This document shows, piece after piece, positions 1 to 13,320 of a DNA stretch of 64,000 nt. The position numbers and the translations under genes were made by a program. A model generated the notes under the pieces. That model saw only the letters and a list, made by a program, of their open reading frames with translations, was not told the origin of the DNA and ran no database searches. Location of the stretch: the NCBI RefSeq assembly GCF_964355755.1, contig NC_092678.1, forward strand, positions 10,848,352 through 10,912,351, read 5' to 3'. The stretch is from Antedon mediterranea. Lineage: Eukaryota; Animalia; Echinodermata. How positions within the stretch are numbered: the stretch's first letter is position 1; each line of letters opens with the position of its first letter.

Positions 1-2739
1 CAAATGCGATTTGAAGATATTCTGTACACTTTGATGTTTTGTGTGAAAAAGTTTTCTCGAAATGCTCAAAATGGTCTAAAACGTTTTCCAATACCATATT
101 AAGCTATTTTGTGCAATTTGATGTTTTTATGTAACCAAGTTTTTTGAAATGCGATTTGAAGATATTCTGAGCACTTTGGTGTTTTTATGTTAAAAAGTTT
201 TTTCGAAAATCACAAAATGGTCTAAAACGTCTCCAAATGCGATTTGAAGATATTCTGAGCACTTTGGTGTTTTTATGTTAAAAAGTTTTTTCGAAAATCA
301 CAAAATGGTCTAAAACGTCTCCAAATGCGATTTGAAGCTATTCTGTACACTTTGATGTTTTGTGTGAAAAAGTTTTGTCGAAATGCTCAAAATGGTCTAA
401 AACGTTTTTAAAACGATATTAAGCTATTTTGTGCTCTTTGATGTTTTTGTGTAACCAAGTTTTTTCGAAAATCACAAAATGGTCTAAAACGTCTCCAAAT
501 GCGATTTGAAGCTTTTCTAAGCACTTTGGTGTTTTTATGTTAACAAGTTTTTTCGAAAATCACAAAATGGTCTAAAACGTCTCAAAATGCGATTTGAAGG
601 TATTCTGAGCACTTTGGTGTTTTTGTTTGAAAAGTTTTAACGAAATGCTCAAAATGGTCTAAAACGGTTTCTAATGTGATTTTAAGCACTTTGATGTTTT
701 TGTGTAACCAAGTTTTTTCGAAAATCACAAAATGGTCTAAAACGTCTCCAAATGCGATTTGAAGCTATTCTGTACACTTTGATGTTTTGTGTGAAAAAAG
801 TTTTGTCGAAATGCTCAAAATGGTCTAAAACGTTTTTAAAACGATATTGAGCTATTTTGTGCTCTTTGATGTTTTTGTGTAACCAAGTTTTATCGAAATG
901 AACAAAATGGTCTAAAACGTCTCCAAATGCGATTTGAAGCTTTTCCAAGCACTTTGCTGTTTTTATGTTAACAGGTTTTTCCGAAAATCACAAAATGGTC
1001 TAAAACGTCTCAAAATGCGATTTGAAGGTATTCTGAGCACTTTGGTGTTTTTGTGTGAAAAGTTTTAACGAAATGCTCAAAATTGTCTAAAACGGTTTCT
1101 AATGTGATTTTAAGCACTTTGATGTTTTTGTAAAACCAAGTTTCATCGAAATGCACAAAATGGTCTAAAATGTCTCCAAATGCGATTTGAAGCTTTTCCA
1201 AGCACTTTGCTGTTTTTATGTTAACAAGCTTTTTCGAAAATCACAAAATGGTCTAAAACGTCTCCAAATGCGATTTGAAGATATTCTGAGCACTTTGGTG
1301 TTTTTATGTTAAAAAGTTTTTTCGAAAATCACAAAATGGTCTAAAACGTCTCCAAATGCGATTTGAAGATATTCTGAGCACTTTGGTGTTTTTATGTTAA
1401 AAAGTTTTTTCGAAAATCACAAAATGGTCTAAAACGTCTCCAAATGCGATTTGAAGCTATTCTGTACACTTTGATGTTTTGTGTGAAAAAGTTTTGTCGA
1501 AATGCTCAAAATGGTTTAAAACGTTTTTAAAACGATATTAAGCTATTTTGTGCTCTTTGATGTTTTTGTATAACCAAGTTTCATCGAAATGCACAAAATG
1601 GTCTAAAACGTCTCCAAATGCGATTTGAAGCTTTTCTAAGCACTTTGCTTTTTTTATGTTAACAAGTTTTTTCGAAAATCACAAAATGGTCTAAAACGTC
1701 TCTAAATGCGATTTGAAGATATTCTGAGCACTTTGGTGTTTTTATGTTAAAAAATTTTTTCGAAAATCACAAAATGGTCTAAAACGTCTCCAAATGCGAT
1801 TTGAAGATATTCTGAGCACTTTGGTGTTTTTATGTTAAAAAGTTTTTTCGAAAATCACAAAATTGTCTAAAACGTCTCCAAATGCGATTTGAAGCTAATC
1901 TGTACCCTTTGATGTTTTGTGTGAAAAAGTTTTGTCGAAATGCTCAAAATGGTCTAAAACGTTTTTAAAACTATATAAAGCTATTTTGTGCTCTTTGATG
2001 TTTTTGTGTAACCAAGTTTTTTCGAAAATCACAAAATGGTCTAAAACGTCTCCAATGCGATTTGAAGCTTTTCTAAGCACTTTGGTGTTTTTATGTTAAC
2101 AAGTTTTTTCGAAAATCACAAAATGGTCTAAAACGTTTTAAAATGCGATTTGAAGGTATTCTGAGCACTTTGGTGTTTTTGTGTGAAAAGTTTTAACGAA
2201 ATGCTCAAAATGGTCTAAAACGGTTTCTAATGTGATTTTAACCACTTTGATGTTTTTGTGTAACCAAGTTTTTTCGAAAATCACAAAATGGTCTAAAACG
2301 TCTCCAAATGCGATTTGAAGCTTTTCTAAGCACTTTGGTGTTTTTATGTTAACAAGTTTTTTCGAAAATCACAAAATGGTCTAAAACGTCTCCAAATGCG
2401 ATTTGAAGCTATTCTGTACACTTTGATGTTTTGTGTGAAAAAAGTTTTGTCGAAATGCTCAAAATGGTCTAAAACGTTTTTAAAACGATATTAAGTTATT
2501 TTGTGCTCTTTGATGTTTTTGTGTAACCAAGTTTTATCGAAATGAACAAAATGGTCTAAAACGTCTCCAAATGCGATTTGAAGCTTTTCTAAGCACTTTG
2601 CTGTTTTTATGTTAACAAGTTTTTTCGAAAATCACAAAATGGTCTAAAACGTCTCCAAATGCGATTTGAAGATATTCTGAGCACTTTGGTGTTTTTATGT
2701 TAAAAAGTTTTTTCGAAAATCACAAAATGGTCTAAAACG

Positions 2740-5700
2740 TCTCCAAATGCGATTTGAAGATATTCTGAGCACTTTGGTGTTTTTCTGTTAAAAAGTATTT
2801 TCGAAAATCACAAAATGGTCTAAAACGTCTCCAAATGCAATTTGAAGCTATTCTGTACACTTTGATGTTTTGTGTGAAAAAGTTTTGTCAAAATGCTCAA
2901 AATGGTCTAAAACGTTTTTAAAACGATATTAAGCTATTTTGTGCTCTTTGATGTTTTTGTATAACCAAGTTTTTTCGAAAATCACAAAATGGTCTAAAAC
3001 GTCTCCAAATGCGATTTGAAGCTTTTCTAAACACTTTGGTGTTTTTATGTTAACAAGTTTTTTCGAAAATCACAAAATGGTCTAAAACGTCTCCAAATCC
3101 GATTTGAAGCTATTCTGTACACTTTGATGTTTTGTGTGAAAAAGTTTTGTCGAAATGCTCAAAATGGTCTAAAACGTTTTTAAAACGATATTAAGCTATT
3201 TTGTGCTCTTTGATGTTTTTGTGTAACCAAGTTTCATCGATATGAACAAAATGGTCTAAAACGTCTCAAAATGCGATTTGAAGGTATTCTGAGCACTTTG
3301 GTGTTTTTGGGTGAAAAGTTTTAACGAAATGCTCAAAATGGTCTAAAACGGTTTCTAATGTGATTTTAAGCACTTTGAAGTATTTGTAAAAACAAGTTTC
3401 ATCGAAATGCACAAAATAGTCTAAAACGTCTCCAAATGCGATTTGAAGCTTTTCTAAGCACTTTGGTGTTTTTATGTTAACAAGTTTTTTCGAAAATCAC
3501 AAAATGGTCTAAAACGTCTCCAAATGCGATTTGAAGATATTCTGAGCACTTTGGTGTTTTTATGTTAAAAAGTATTTTCGAAAATCACAAAATGGTCTAA
3601 AACGTCTCCAAATGCGATTTGAAGCTCTTCTGTACACTTTGATGTTTTGTGTGAAAAAGTTTAGTCGAAATGCTCAAAATGGTCTAAAACGTTTTTAAAA
3701 CGATATTAAGCTATTTTGTGCTCTTTGATGTTTTTGTGTAACCAAGTTTCATCGAAATGAACAAAATGGTCTAAAACGTCTCCAAATGCGATTTGAAGCT
3801 TTTCTAAGCACTTTGGTGTTTTTATGTTAACAAGTTTTTTCGAAAATCACAAAATGGTCTAAAACGTCTCCAAATGCGATTTGAAGATATTCTGAGCACT
3901 TTGCTGTTTTTATGTTAACAAGTTTTTTCGAAAATCACAAAATGGTCTAAAACGTCTCAAAATGCTATTTGAAGGTATTCTGAGCACTTTGGTGTTTTTG
4001 TGTGAAAAGTTTTAACGAAATGCTCAAAATGGTCTAAAACGGTTCTAATGTGATTTTAAACACTTTGATGTTTTGTGTGAAAAAGTTTTGTCAAAATGCT
4101 CAAAATGGTCTAAAACGTTTTTAAAACGATATTAAGCTATTTTGTGCTCTTTGATGTTTTTGTATAACCAAGTTTTTTCGAAAATCACAAAATGGTCTAA
4201 AACGTCTCCAAATGCGATTTGAAGATATTCTGAGCACTTTGGTGTTTTTATGTTAAAAAGTTTTTTCGAAAATCACAAAATGGTCTAAAACGTCTCCAAA
4301 TGCGATTTGAAGATATTCTGAGCACTTTGGTGTTTTTATGTTAAAAAGTTTTTTCGAAAATCACAAAATGGTCTAAAACATCTCCAAATGCGATTTGAAG
4401 CTATTCTATACACTTTGATGTTTTGTGTTAAAAAGTTTTGTCGAAATGCTCAAAATGGTTTAAAACGTTTTTAAAACGATATTAAGCTATTTTGTGCTCT
4501 TTGATGTTTTTGTGTAACCAAGTTTCATCGAAATGAACAAAATGGTCTAAAACGTCTCCAAATGCGATTTGAAGCTTTTCCAAGCACTTTGCTGTTTTTA
4601 TGTTAACAAGTTTTTTCGAAAATCACAAAATTGTCTAAAACGTCTCAAAATGCGATTTGAAGGTATTCTGAGCACTTTGGTGTTTTTGTGTGAAAAGTTT
4701 TAACGAAAAGCTCAAAATGGTCTAAAACGGTTCTAATGTGATTTTAAGCACTTTGATGTTTTTGTACAACCAAGTTTCATCGAAATGCTCAAAATGGTCT
4801 AAAACGTTTTTAAAACGATATTAAGCTATTTTGTGCTCTTTGATGTTTTTGTGTAACCAAGTTTTTTCGAAAATCACAAAATGGTCTAAAACGTCTCCAA
4901 ATGCGATTTGAAGCTTTTCTAAGCACTTTGGTGTTTTTATGTTAACAAGTTTTTTCGAAAATCACAAAATGGTCTAAAACGTCTCAAAATGCGATTTGAA
5001 GGTATTCTGAGCACTTTGGTGTTTTTGTGTGAAAAGTTTTAACGAAATGCTCAAAATGGTCTAAAACGGTTTCTAATGTGATTTTAACCACTTTGATGTT
5101 TTTGTGTAACCAAGTTCTTTTCGAAAATCACAAAATGGTCTAAAACGTCTCCAAATGCGATTTGAAGCTTTTCTAAGCACTTTGGTGTTTTTATGTTAAC
5201 AAGTTTTTTCGAAAATCACAAAATGGTCTAAAACGTCTCAAAATGCGATTTGAAGGTATTCTGAGCACTTTGGTGTTTTTGTGTGAAAAGTTTTAACGAA
5301 ATGCTCAAAATGGTCTAAAACGGTTTCTAATGTGATTTTAACCACTATGATGTTTTTGTGTAACCAAGTTTTTTCGAAAATCACAAAATGGTCTAAAACG
5401 TCTCCAAATGCGATTTGAAACTTTTCTAAGCACTTTGGTGTTTTTATGTTAACAAGTTTTTTCGAAAATCACAAATGGTCTAAAACGTCTCCAAATGCGA
5501 TTTGAAGCTATTCTGTACACTTTGATGTTTTGTGTGAAAAGTTTTAACGAAATGCTCAAAATTGTCTAAAACGATTTCTAATGTGATTTTAAGCACTTTG
5601 ATGTTTTTGTAAAACCAAGTTTCATCGAAATGCACAAAATGGTCTAAAACGTCTCCAAATGCGATTTGAAGCTTTTCCAAGCACTTTGGTGTTTTTATGT

Positions 5701-8700
5701 TAACAAGGTTTTTCGAAAATCACAAAATGGTCTAAAACGTCTCCAAATGCGATTTGAAGCTTTTCCAAGCACTTTGCTGTTTTTATGTTAACAAGTTTTT
5801 TCGAAAATCACAAAATGGTCTAAAACGTCTCAAAATACGATATTAAGCTGTTTTGTGCACTTTGATGATTTGTGTGAAAAGTTTTAACGAAATGCTCAAA
5901 ATGGTCTAAAACGGTTTCTAATGTGATTTTAAGCACTTTGATGTTTTTATGTAGCCAAGTTTTTTCGAAAATCACAAAATGGTCAAAAACGTCTCCAAAT
6001 GCGATTTGAAGCTTTTCTAAGCACTTTGGTTTTTTTATGTTAACAAGTTTTTTCGAAAATCACAAAATGGTCTAAAACGTCTTCAAATGCGATTTGAAGA
6101 TATTCTGAGCACTTTGGTGTTTTTCTGTTAAAAAGTATTTTCGAAAATCACAAAATGGCCTAAAACGTCTCCAAATGCGATTTGAAGCTATTCTGTACAC
6201 TTTGATGTTTTGTGTGAAAAAGTTTTGTCAAAATGCTCAAAATGGTCTAAAACGTTTTTAAAACGATATTAAGCTATTTTGTGCTCTTTGATGTGTTTGT
6301 ATAACCAAGTTTTTTCGAAAATCACAAAATGGTCTAAAACGTTTCCAAATGCGATTTGAAGCTTTTCCAAGCACTTTGCTGTTTTTATGTTAACAATTTT
6401 TTTCGAAAATCATAAAATGGTCTAAAACGTCTCCAAATGCGATTTGAAGCTATTCTGTACACTTTGATGTTTTGTGTGAAAAGTTTTGTCGAAATGCTCA
6501 AAATGGTCTAAAACGTTTTTAAAACGATATTAAGCTATTTTGTGCTCTTTGATGTTTTTGTGTAACCAAGTTTCATAGAAATGAACAAAATGGTCTAAAA
6601 CGTCTCCAAATGCGATTTGAAGCTTTTCTAAGCACTTTGGTGTTTTTATGTTAAAAAGTTTTTTCGAAAATCACAAAATGGTCTAAAACGTCTCCAAATG
6701 CGATTTGAAGATATTCTGAGCACTTTGCTGTTTTTATGTTAACAAGTTTTTTCGAAAATCACAAAATGGTCTAAAACGTCTCAAAATGCTATTTGAAGGT
6801 ATTCTGAGCACTTTGGTGTTTTTGTGTGAAAAGTTTTAACGAAATGCTCAAAATGGTCTAAAACGGTTCTAATGTAATTTTAAGCACTTTGATGTTTTTG
6901 TATAACCAAGTTTCATCGAAATGCTCAAAATGGTCTAAAACGTTTTTAAAACGATATTAAGCTATTTTGTGCTCTTTGATGTTTTTGTGTAACGAAGTTT
7001 CATCGAAATGAACAAAATGGTCTAAAACGTCTCCAAATGCGATTTGAAGCTTTTCCAAGCACTTTGCTGTTTTTATGTTAACAAGTTTTTTCGAAAATCA
7101 CAAAATGGCCTAAAACGTCTCAAAATGCGATTTCAAGGTATTCTGAGCACTTTGGTGTTTTTGTGTGAAAGGTTTTAACGAAATGCTCAAAATGGTCTAA
7201 AACGGTTTCTAATGTGATTTTAAGCACTTTGATGTTTTTGTATAACCAAGTTTCATCGAAATGCACAAAATGGTCTAAAACGTCTCCAAATGCGATTTGA
7301 AGCTTTTCTAAGCACTTTGCTGTTTTTATGTTAACAAGTTTTTTCGAAAATCACAAAATGGTCTAAAACGTCTCCAAATGCGATTTGAAGATATTCTGAG
7401 CACTTTGGTGTTTTTATGTTAAAAAGTTTTTTAGAAAATCACAAAATGGTCTAAAACGTCTCCAAATGCGATTTGAAGATATTCTGAGCACTTTGGTGTT
7501 TTTATGTTAAAAAGTTTTTTCGAAAATCACAAAATGGTCTAAAACGTCTCCAAATGCGATTTGAAGATATTCTGAGCACTTTGGTGTTTTTATGTTAAAA
7601 AGTTTTTTCGAAAATCACAAAATGGTCTAAAACGTCTCCAAATGCGATTTGAAGATATTCTGAGCACTTTGGTGTTTTTATGTTAAAAAGTTTTTTCGAA
7701 AATCACAAAATGGTCTAAAACGTCTCCAAATGCGATTTGAAGCTATTCTATACACTTTGATGTTTTGTGTTAAAAAGTTTAGTCGAAATGCTCAAAATGG
7801 TCTAAAACGTTTTTAAAACGATATTAAGCTATTTTGTGCTCTTTGATGTTTTTGTGTAACCAAGTTTCATCGAAATGAACAAAATGGTCTAAAACGTCTC
7901 CAAATGCGATTTGAAGCTTTTCCAAGCACTTTGCTGTTTTTATGTTAACAAGTTTTTTCGAAAATCACAAAATTGTCTAAAACGTCTCAAAATGCGATTT
8001 GAAGGTATTCTGAGCACTTTGGTGTTTTTGTGTGAAAAGTTTTAACGAAAAGCTCAAAATGGTCTAAAACGGTTCTAATGTGATTTTAAGCACTTTGATG
8101 TTTTTGTACAACCAAGTTTCATCGAAATGCTCAAAATGGTCTAAAACGTTTTTAAAACGATATTAAGCTATTTTGTGCTCTTTGATGTTTTTGTGTAACC
8201 AAGTTTTTTCGAAAATCACAAAATGGTCTAAAACGTCTCCAAATGCGATTTGAAGCTTTTCTAAGCACTTTGGTGTTTTTATGTTAACAAGTTTTTTCGA
8301 AAATCACAAAATGGTCTAAAACGTCTCAAAATGCGATTTGAAGGTATTCTGAGCACTTTGGTGTTTTTGTGTGAAAAGTTTTAACGAAATGCTCAAAATG
8401 GTCTAAAACGGTTTCTAATGTGATTTTAACAACTTTGATGTTTTTGTGTAACCAAGTTTTTTCGAAAATCACAAAATGGTCTAAAACGTCTCCAAATGCG
8501 ATTTGAAGCTTTTCTAAGCACTTTGGTGTTTTTATGTTAACAAGTTTTTTCGAAAATCACAAAATGTTCTAAAACGTCTCCAAATGCGATTTGAAGATAT
8601 TCTGAGCACTTTGGTGTTTTTCTGTTAAAAAGTATTTTCGAAAATCACAAAATGGTCTAAAACGTCTCCAAATGCAATTTGAAGCTATTCTGTACACTTT

Positions 8701-11700
8701 GATGTTTTGTGTGAAAAAGTTTTGTCAAAATGCTCAAAATGGTCTAAAACGTTTTTAAAACGATATTAAGCTATTTTGTGCTCTTTGATGTTTTTGTATA
8801 ACCAAGTTTTTTCGAAAATCACAAAATGGTCTAAAACGTCTCCAAATGCGATTTGAAGCTTTTCTAAACACTTTGGTGTTTTTATGTTAACAAGTTTTTT
8901 CGAAAATCACAAAATGGTCTAAAACGTCTCCAAATCCGATTTGAAGCTATTCTGTACACTTTGATGTTTTGTGTGAAAAAGTTTTGTCGAAATGCTCAAA
9001 ATGGTCTAAAACGTTTTTAAAACGATATTAAGCTATTTTGTGCTCTTTGATGTTTTTGTGTAACCAAGTTTCATCGATATGAACAAAATGGTCTAAAACG
9101 TCTCAAAATGCGATTTGAAGGTATTCTGAGCACTTTGGTGTTTTTGGGTGAAAAGTTTTAACGAAATGCTCAAAATGGTCTAAAACGGTTTCTAATGTGA
9201 TTTTAAGCACTTTGAAGTATTTGTAAAAACAAGTTTCATCGAAATGCACAAAATAGTCTAAAACGTCTCCAAATGCGATTTGAAGCTTTTCTAAGCACTT
9301 TGGTGTTTTTATGTTAACAAGTTTTTTCGAAAATCACAAAATGGTCTAAAACGTCTCCAAATGCGATTTGAAGATATTCTGAGCACTTTGGTGTTTTTAT
9401 GTTAAAAAGTATTTTCGAAAATCACAAAATGGTCTAAAACGTCTCCAAATGCGATTTGAAGCTCTTCTGTACACTTTGATGTTTTGTGTGAAAAAGTTTA
9501 GTCGAAATGCTCAAAATGGTCTAAAACGTTTTTAAAACAATATTAAGCTATTTTGTGCTCTTTGATGTTTTTGTGTAACCAAGTTTCATCGAAATGAACA
9601 AAATGGTCTAAAACGTCTCCAAATGCGATTTGAAGATTTTCTAAGCACTTTGGTGTTTTTATGTTAACAAGTTTTTTCGAAAATCACAAAATGGTCTAAA
9701 ACGTCTCCAAATGCGATTTGAAGATATTCTGAGCACTTTGCTGTTTTTATGTTAACAAGTTTTTTCGAAAATCACAAAATGGTCTAAAACGTCTCAAAAT
9801 GCTATTTGAAGGTATTCTGAGCACTTTGGTGTTTTTGTGTGAAAAGTTTTAACGAAATGCTCAAAATGGTCTAAAACGGTTCTAATGTGATTTTAAACAC
9901 TTTGATGTTTTGTGTGAAAAAGTTTTGTCAAAATGCTCAAAATTGTCTAAAACGTTTTTAAAACGATATTAAGCTATTTTGTGCTCTTTGATGTTTTTGT
10001 ATAACCAAGTTTTTTCGAAAATCACAAAATGGTCTAAAACGTCTCCAAATGCGATTTGAAGATATTCTGAGCACTTTGGTGTTTTTATGTTAAAAAGTTT
10101 TTTCGAAAATCACAAAATGGTCTAAAACGTCTCCAAATGCGATTTGAAGATATTCTGAGCACTTTGGTGTTTTTATGTTAAAAAGTTTTTTCGAAAATCA
10201 AAAAATGGTCTAAAACGTCTCCAAATGCGATTTGAAGCTATTCTATACACTTTGATGTTTTGTGTTAAAAAGTTTTGTCGAAATGCTCAAAATGGTTTAA
10301 AACGTTTTTAAAACGATATTAAGCTATTTTGTGCTCTTTGATGTTTTTGTGTAACCAAGTTTCATTGAAATGAACAAAATGGTCTAAAACGTCTCCAAAT
10401 GCGATTTGAAGCTTTTCCAAGCACTTTGCTGTTTTTATGTTAACAAGTTTTTTCGAAAATCACAAAATTGTCTAAAACGTCTCAAAATGCGATTTGAAGG
10501 TATTCTGAGCACTTTGGTGTTTTTGTGTGAAAAGTTTTAACGAAAAGCTCAAAATGGTCTAAAACGGTTCTAATGTGATTTTAAGCACTTTGATGTTTTT
10601 GTACAACCAAGTTTCATCGAAATGCTCAAAATGGTCTAAAACGTTTTTAAAACGATATTAAGCTATTTTGTGCTCTTTGATGTTTTTGTGTAACCAAGTT
10701 TTTTCGAAAATCACAAAATGGTCTAAAACGTCTCCAAATGCGATTTGAAGCTTTTCTAAGCACTTTGGTGTTTTTATGTTAACAAGTTTTTTCGAAAATC
10801 ACAAAATGGTCTAAAACGTCTCAAAATGCGATTTGAAGGTATTCTGAGCACTTTGGTGTTTTTGTGTGAAAAGTTTTAACGAAATGCTCAAAATGGTCTA
10901 AAACGGTTTCTAATGTGATTTTAACCACTTTGATGTTTTTGTGTAACCAAGTTCTTTTCGAAAATCACAAAATGGTCTAAAACGTCTCCAAATGCGATTT
11001 GAAGCTTTTCTAAGCACTTTGGTGTTTTTATGTTAACAAGTTTTTTCGAAAATCACAAAATGGTCTAAAACGTCTCAAAATGCGATTTGAAGGTATTCTG
11101 AGCACTTTGGTGTTTTTGTGTGAAAAGTTTTAACGAAATGCTCAAAATGGTCTAAAACGGTTTCTAATGTGATTTTAACCACTTTGATGTTTTTGTGTAA
11201 CCAAGTTTTTTCGAAAATCACAAAATGGTCTAAAACGTCTCCAAATGCGATTTGAAGCTTTTCTAAGCACTTTGGTGTTTTTATGTTAACAAGTTTTTTC
11301 GAAAATCACAAAATGGTCTAAAACGTCTCCAAATGCGATTTGAAGCTATTCTGTACACTTTGATGTTTTGTGTGAAAAGTTTTAACGAAATGCTCAAAAT
11401 TGTCTAAAACGGTTTCTAATGTGATTTTAAGCACTTTGATGTTTTTGTAAAACCAAGTTTCATCGAAATGCACAAAATGGTCTAAAACGTCTCCAAATGC
11501 GATTTGAAGCTTTTCCAAGCACTTTGGTGTTTTTATGTTAACAAGGTTTTTCGAAAATCACAAAATGGTCTAAAACGTCTCCAAATGCGATTTGAAGCTT
11601 TTCCAAGCACTTTGCTGTTTTTATGTTAACAAGTTTTTTCGAAAATCACAAAATGGTCTAAAACGTCTCAAAATACGATATTAAGCTGTTTTGTGCACTT

Positions 11701-13320
11701 TGATGATTTGTGTGAAATTTTTAACGAAATGCTCAAAATGGTCTAAAACGGTTTCTAATGTGATTTTAAGCACTTTGATGTTTTTATGTAGCCAAGTTTT
11801 TTCGAAAATCACAAAATGGTCAAAAACGTCTCCAAATGCGATTTGAAGCTTTTCTAAGCACTTTGGTTTTTTTATGTTAACAAGTTTTTTCGAAAATCAC
11901 AAAATGGTCTAAAACGTCTTCAAATGCGATTTGAAGATATTCTGAGCACTTTGGTGTTTTTCTGTTAAAAAGTATTTTCGAAAATCACAAAATGGCCTAA
12001 AACGTCTCCAAATGCGATTTGAAGCTATTCTGTACACTTTGATGTTTTGTGTGAAAAAGTTTTGTCAAAATGCTCAAAATGGTCTAAAACGTTTTTAAAA
12101 CGATATTAAGCTATTTTGTGCTCTTTGATGTGTTTGTAAAACCAAGTTTTTTCGAAAATCACAAAATGGTCTAAAACGTCTCCAAATGCGATTTGAAGCT
12201 TTTCCAAGCACTTTGCTGTTTTTATGTTAACAATTTTTTTCGAAAATCATAAAATGGTCTAAAACGTCTCCAAATGCGATTTGAAGCTATTCTGTACACT
12301 TTGATGTTTTGTGTGAAAAGTTTTGTCGAAATGCTCAAAATGGTCTAAAACGTTTTTAAAACGATATTAAGCTATTTTGTGCTCTTTGATGTTTTTGTGT
12401 AACCAAGTTTCATCGAAATGAACAAAATGGTCTAAAACGTCTCCAAATGCGATTTGAAGCTTTTCTAAGCACTTTGGTGTTTTTATGTTAACAAGTTTTT
12501 TCGAAAATCACAAAATGGTCTAAAACGTCTCCAAATGCGATTTGAAGATATTCTGAGCACTTTGCTGTTTTTATGTTAACAAGTTTTTTCGAAAATCACA
12601 AAATGGTCTAAAACGTCTCAAAATGCTATTTGAAGGTATTCTGAGCACTTTGGTGTTTTTGTGTGAAAAGTTTTAACGAAATGCTCAAAATGGTCTAAAA
12701 CGGTTCTAATGTGATTTTAAGCACTTTGATGTTTTTGTATAACCAAGTTTCTTCGAAATGCTCAAAATGGTCTAAAACGTTTTTAAAACGATATTAAGCT
12801 ATTTTGTGCTCTTTGATGTTTTTGTGTAACGAAGTTTCATCGAAATGAACAAAATGGTCTAAAACGTCTCCAAATGCGATTTGAAGCTTTTCCAAGCACT
12901 TTGCTGTTTTTATGTTAACAAGTTTTTTCGAAAATCACAAAATGGCCTAAAACGTCTCAAAATGCGATTTCAAGGTTTTCTGAGCACTTTGGTGTTTTTG
13001 TGTGAAAGGTTTTAACGAAATGCTCAAAATGGTCTAAAACGGTTTCTAATGTGATTTTAAGCACTTTGATGTTTTTGTATAACCAAGTTTCATCGAAATG
13101 CACAAAATGGTCTAAAACGTCTCCAAATGCGATTTGAAGATTTTCTAAGCACTTTGCTGTTTTTATGTTAACAAGTTTTTTCGAAAATCACAAAATGGTC
13201 TAAAACGTCTCCAAATTCGATTTGAAGATATTCTGAGCACTTTGGTGTTTTTATGTTAAAAAGTTTTTTCGAAAATCACAAAATGGTCTAAAACGTCTCC
13301 AAATGCGATTTGAAGATATT
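2740..13320 (+). repeat. Tandem block duplication within the satellite, period ~5.84 kb (about 2740-7480 vs 8580-13320; edges approximate)
   Basis: Rare variants recur in the same order at offset 5837-5838, e.g. GAAGTATTTGTAAAAAC at ~3377/~9214, and near-identical pseudo-ORFs at 5480 and 11318. Confidence 0.85.

Noticed and set aside
285-310. CENP-B box candidate at TTTCGAAAATCAC
   Set aside because: Only TTCG matches; the required downstream A..CGGG positions are absent.
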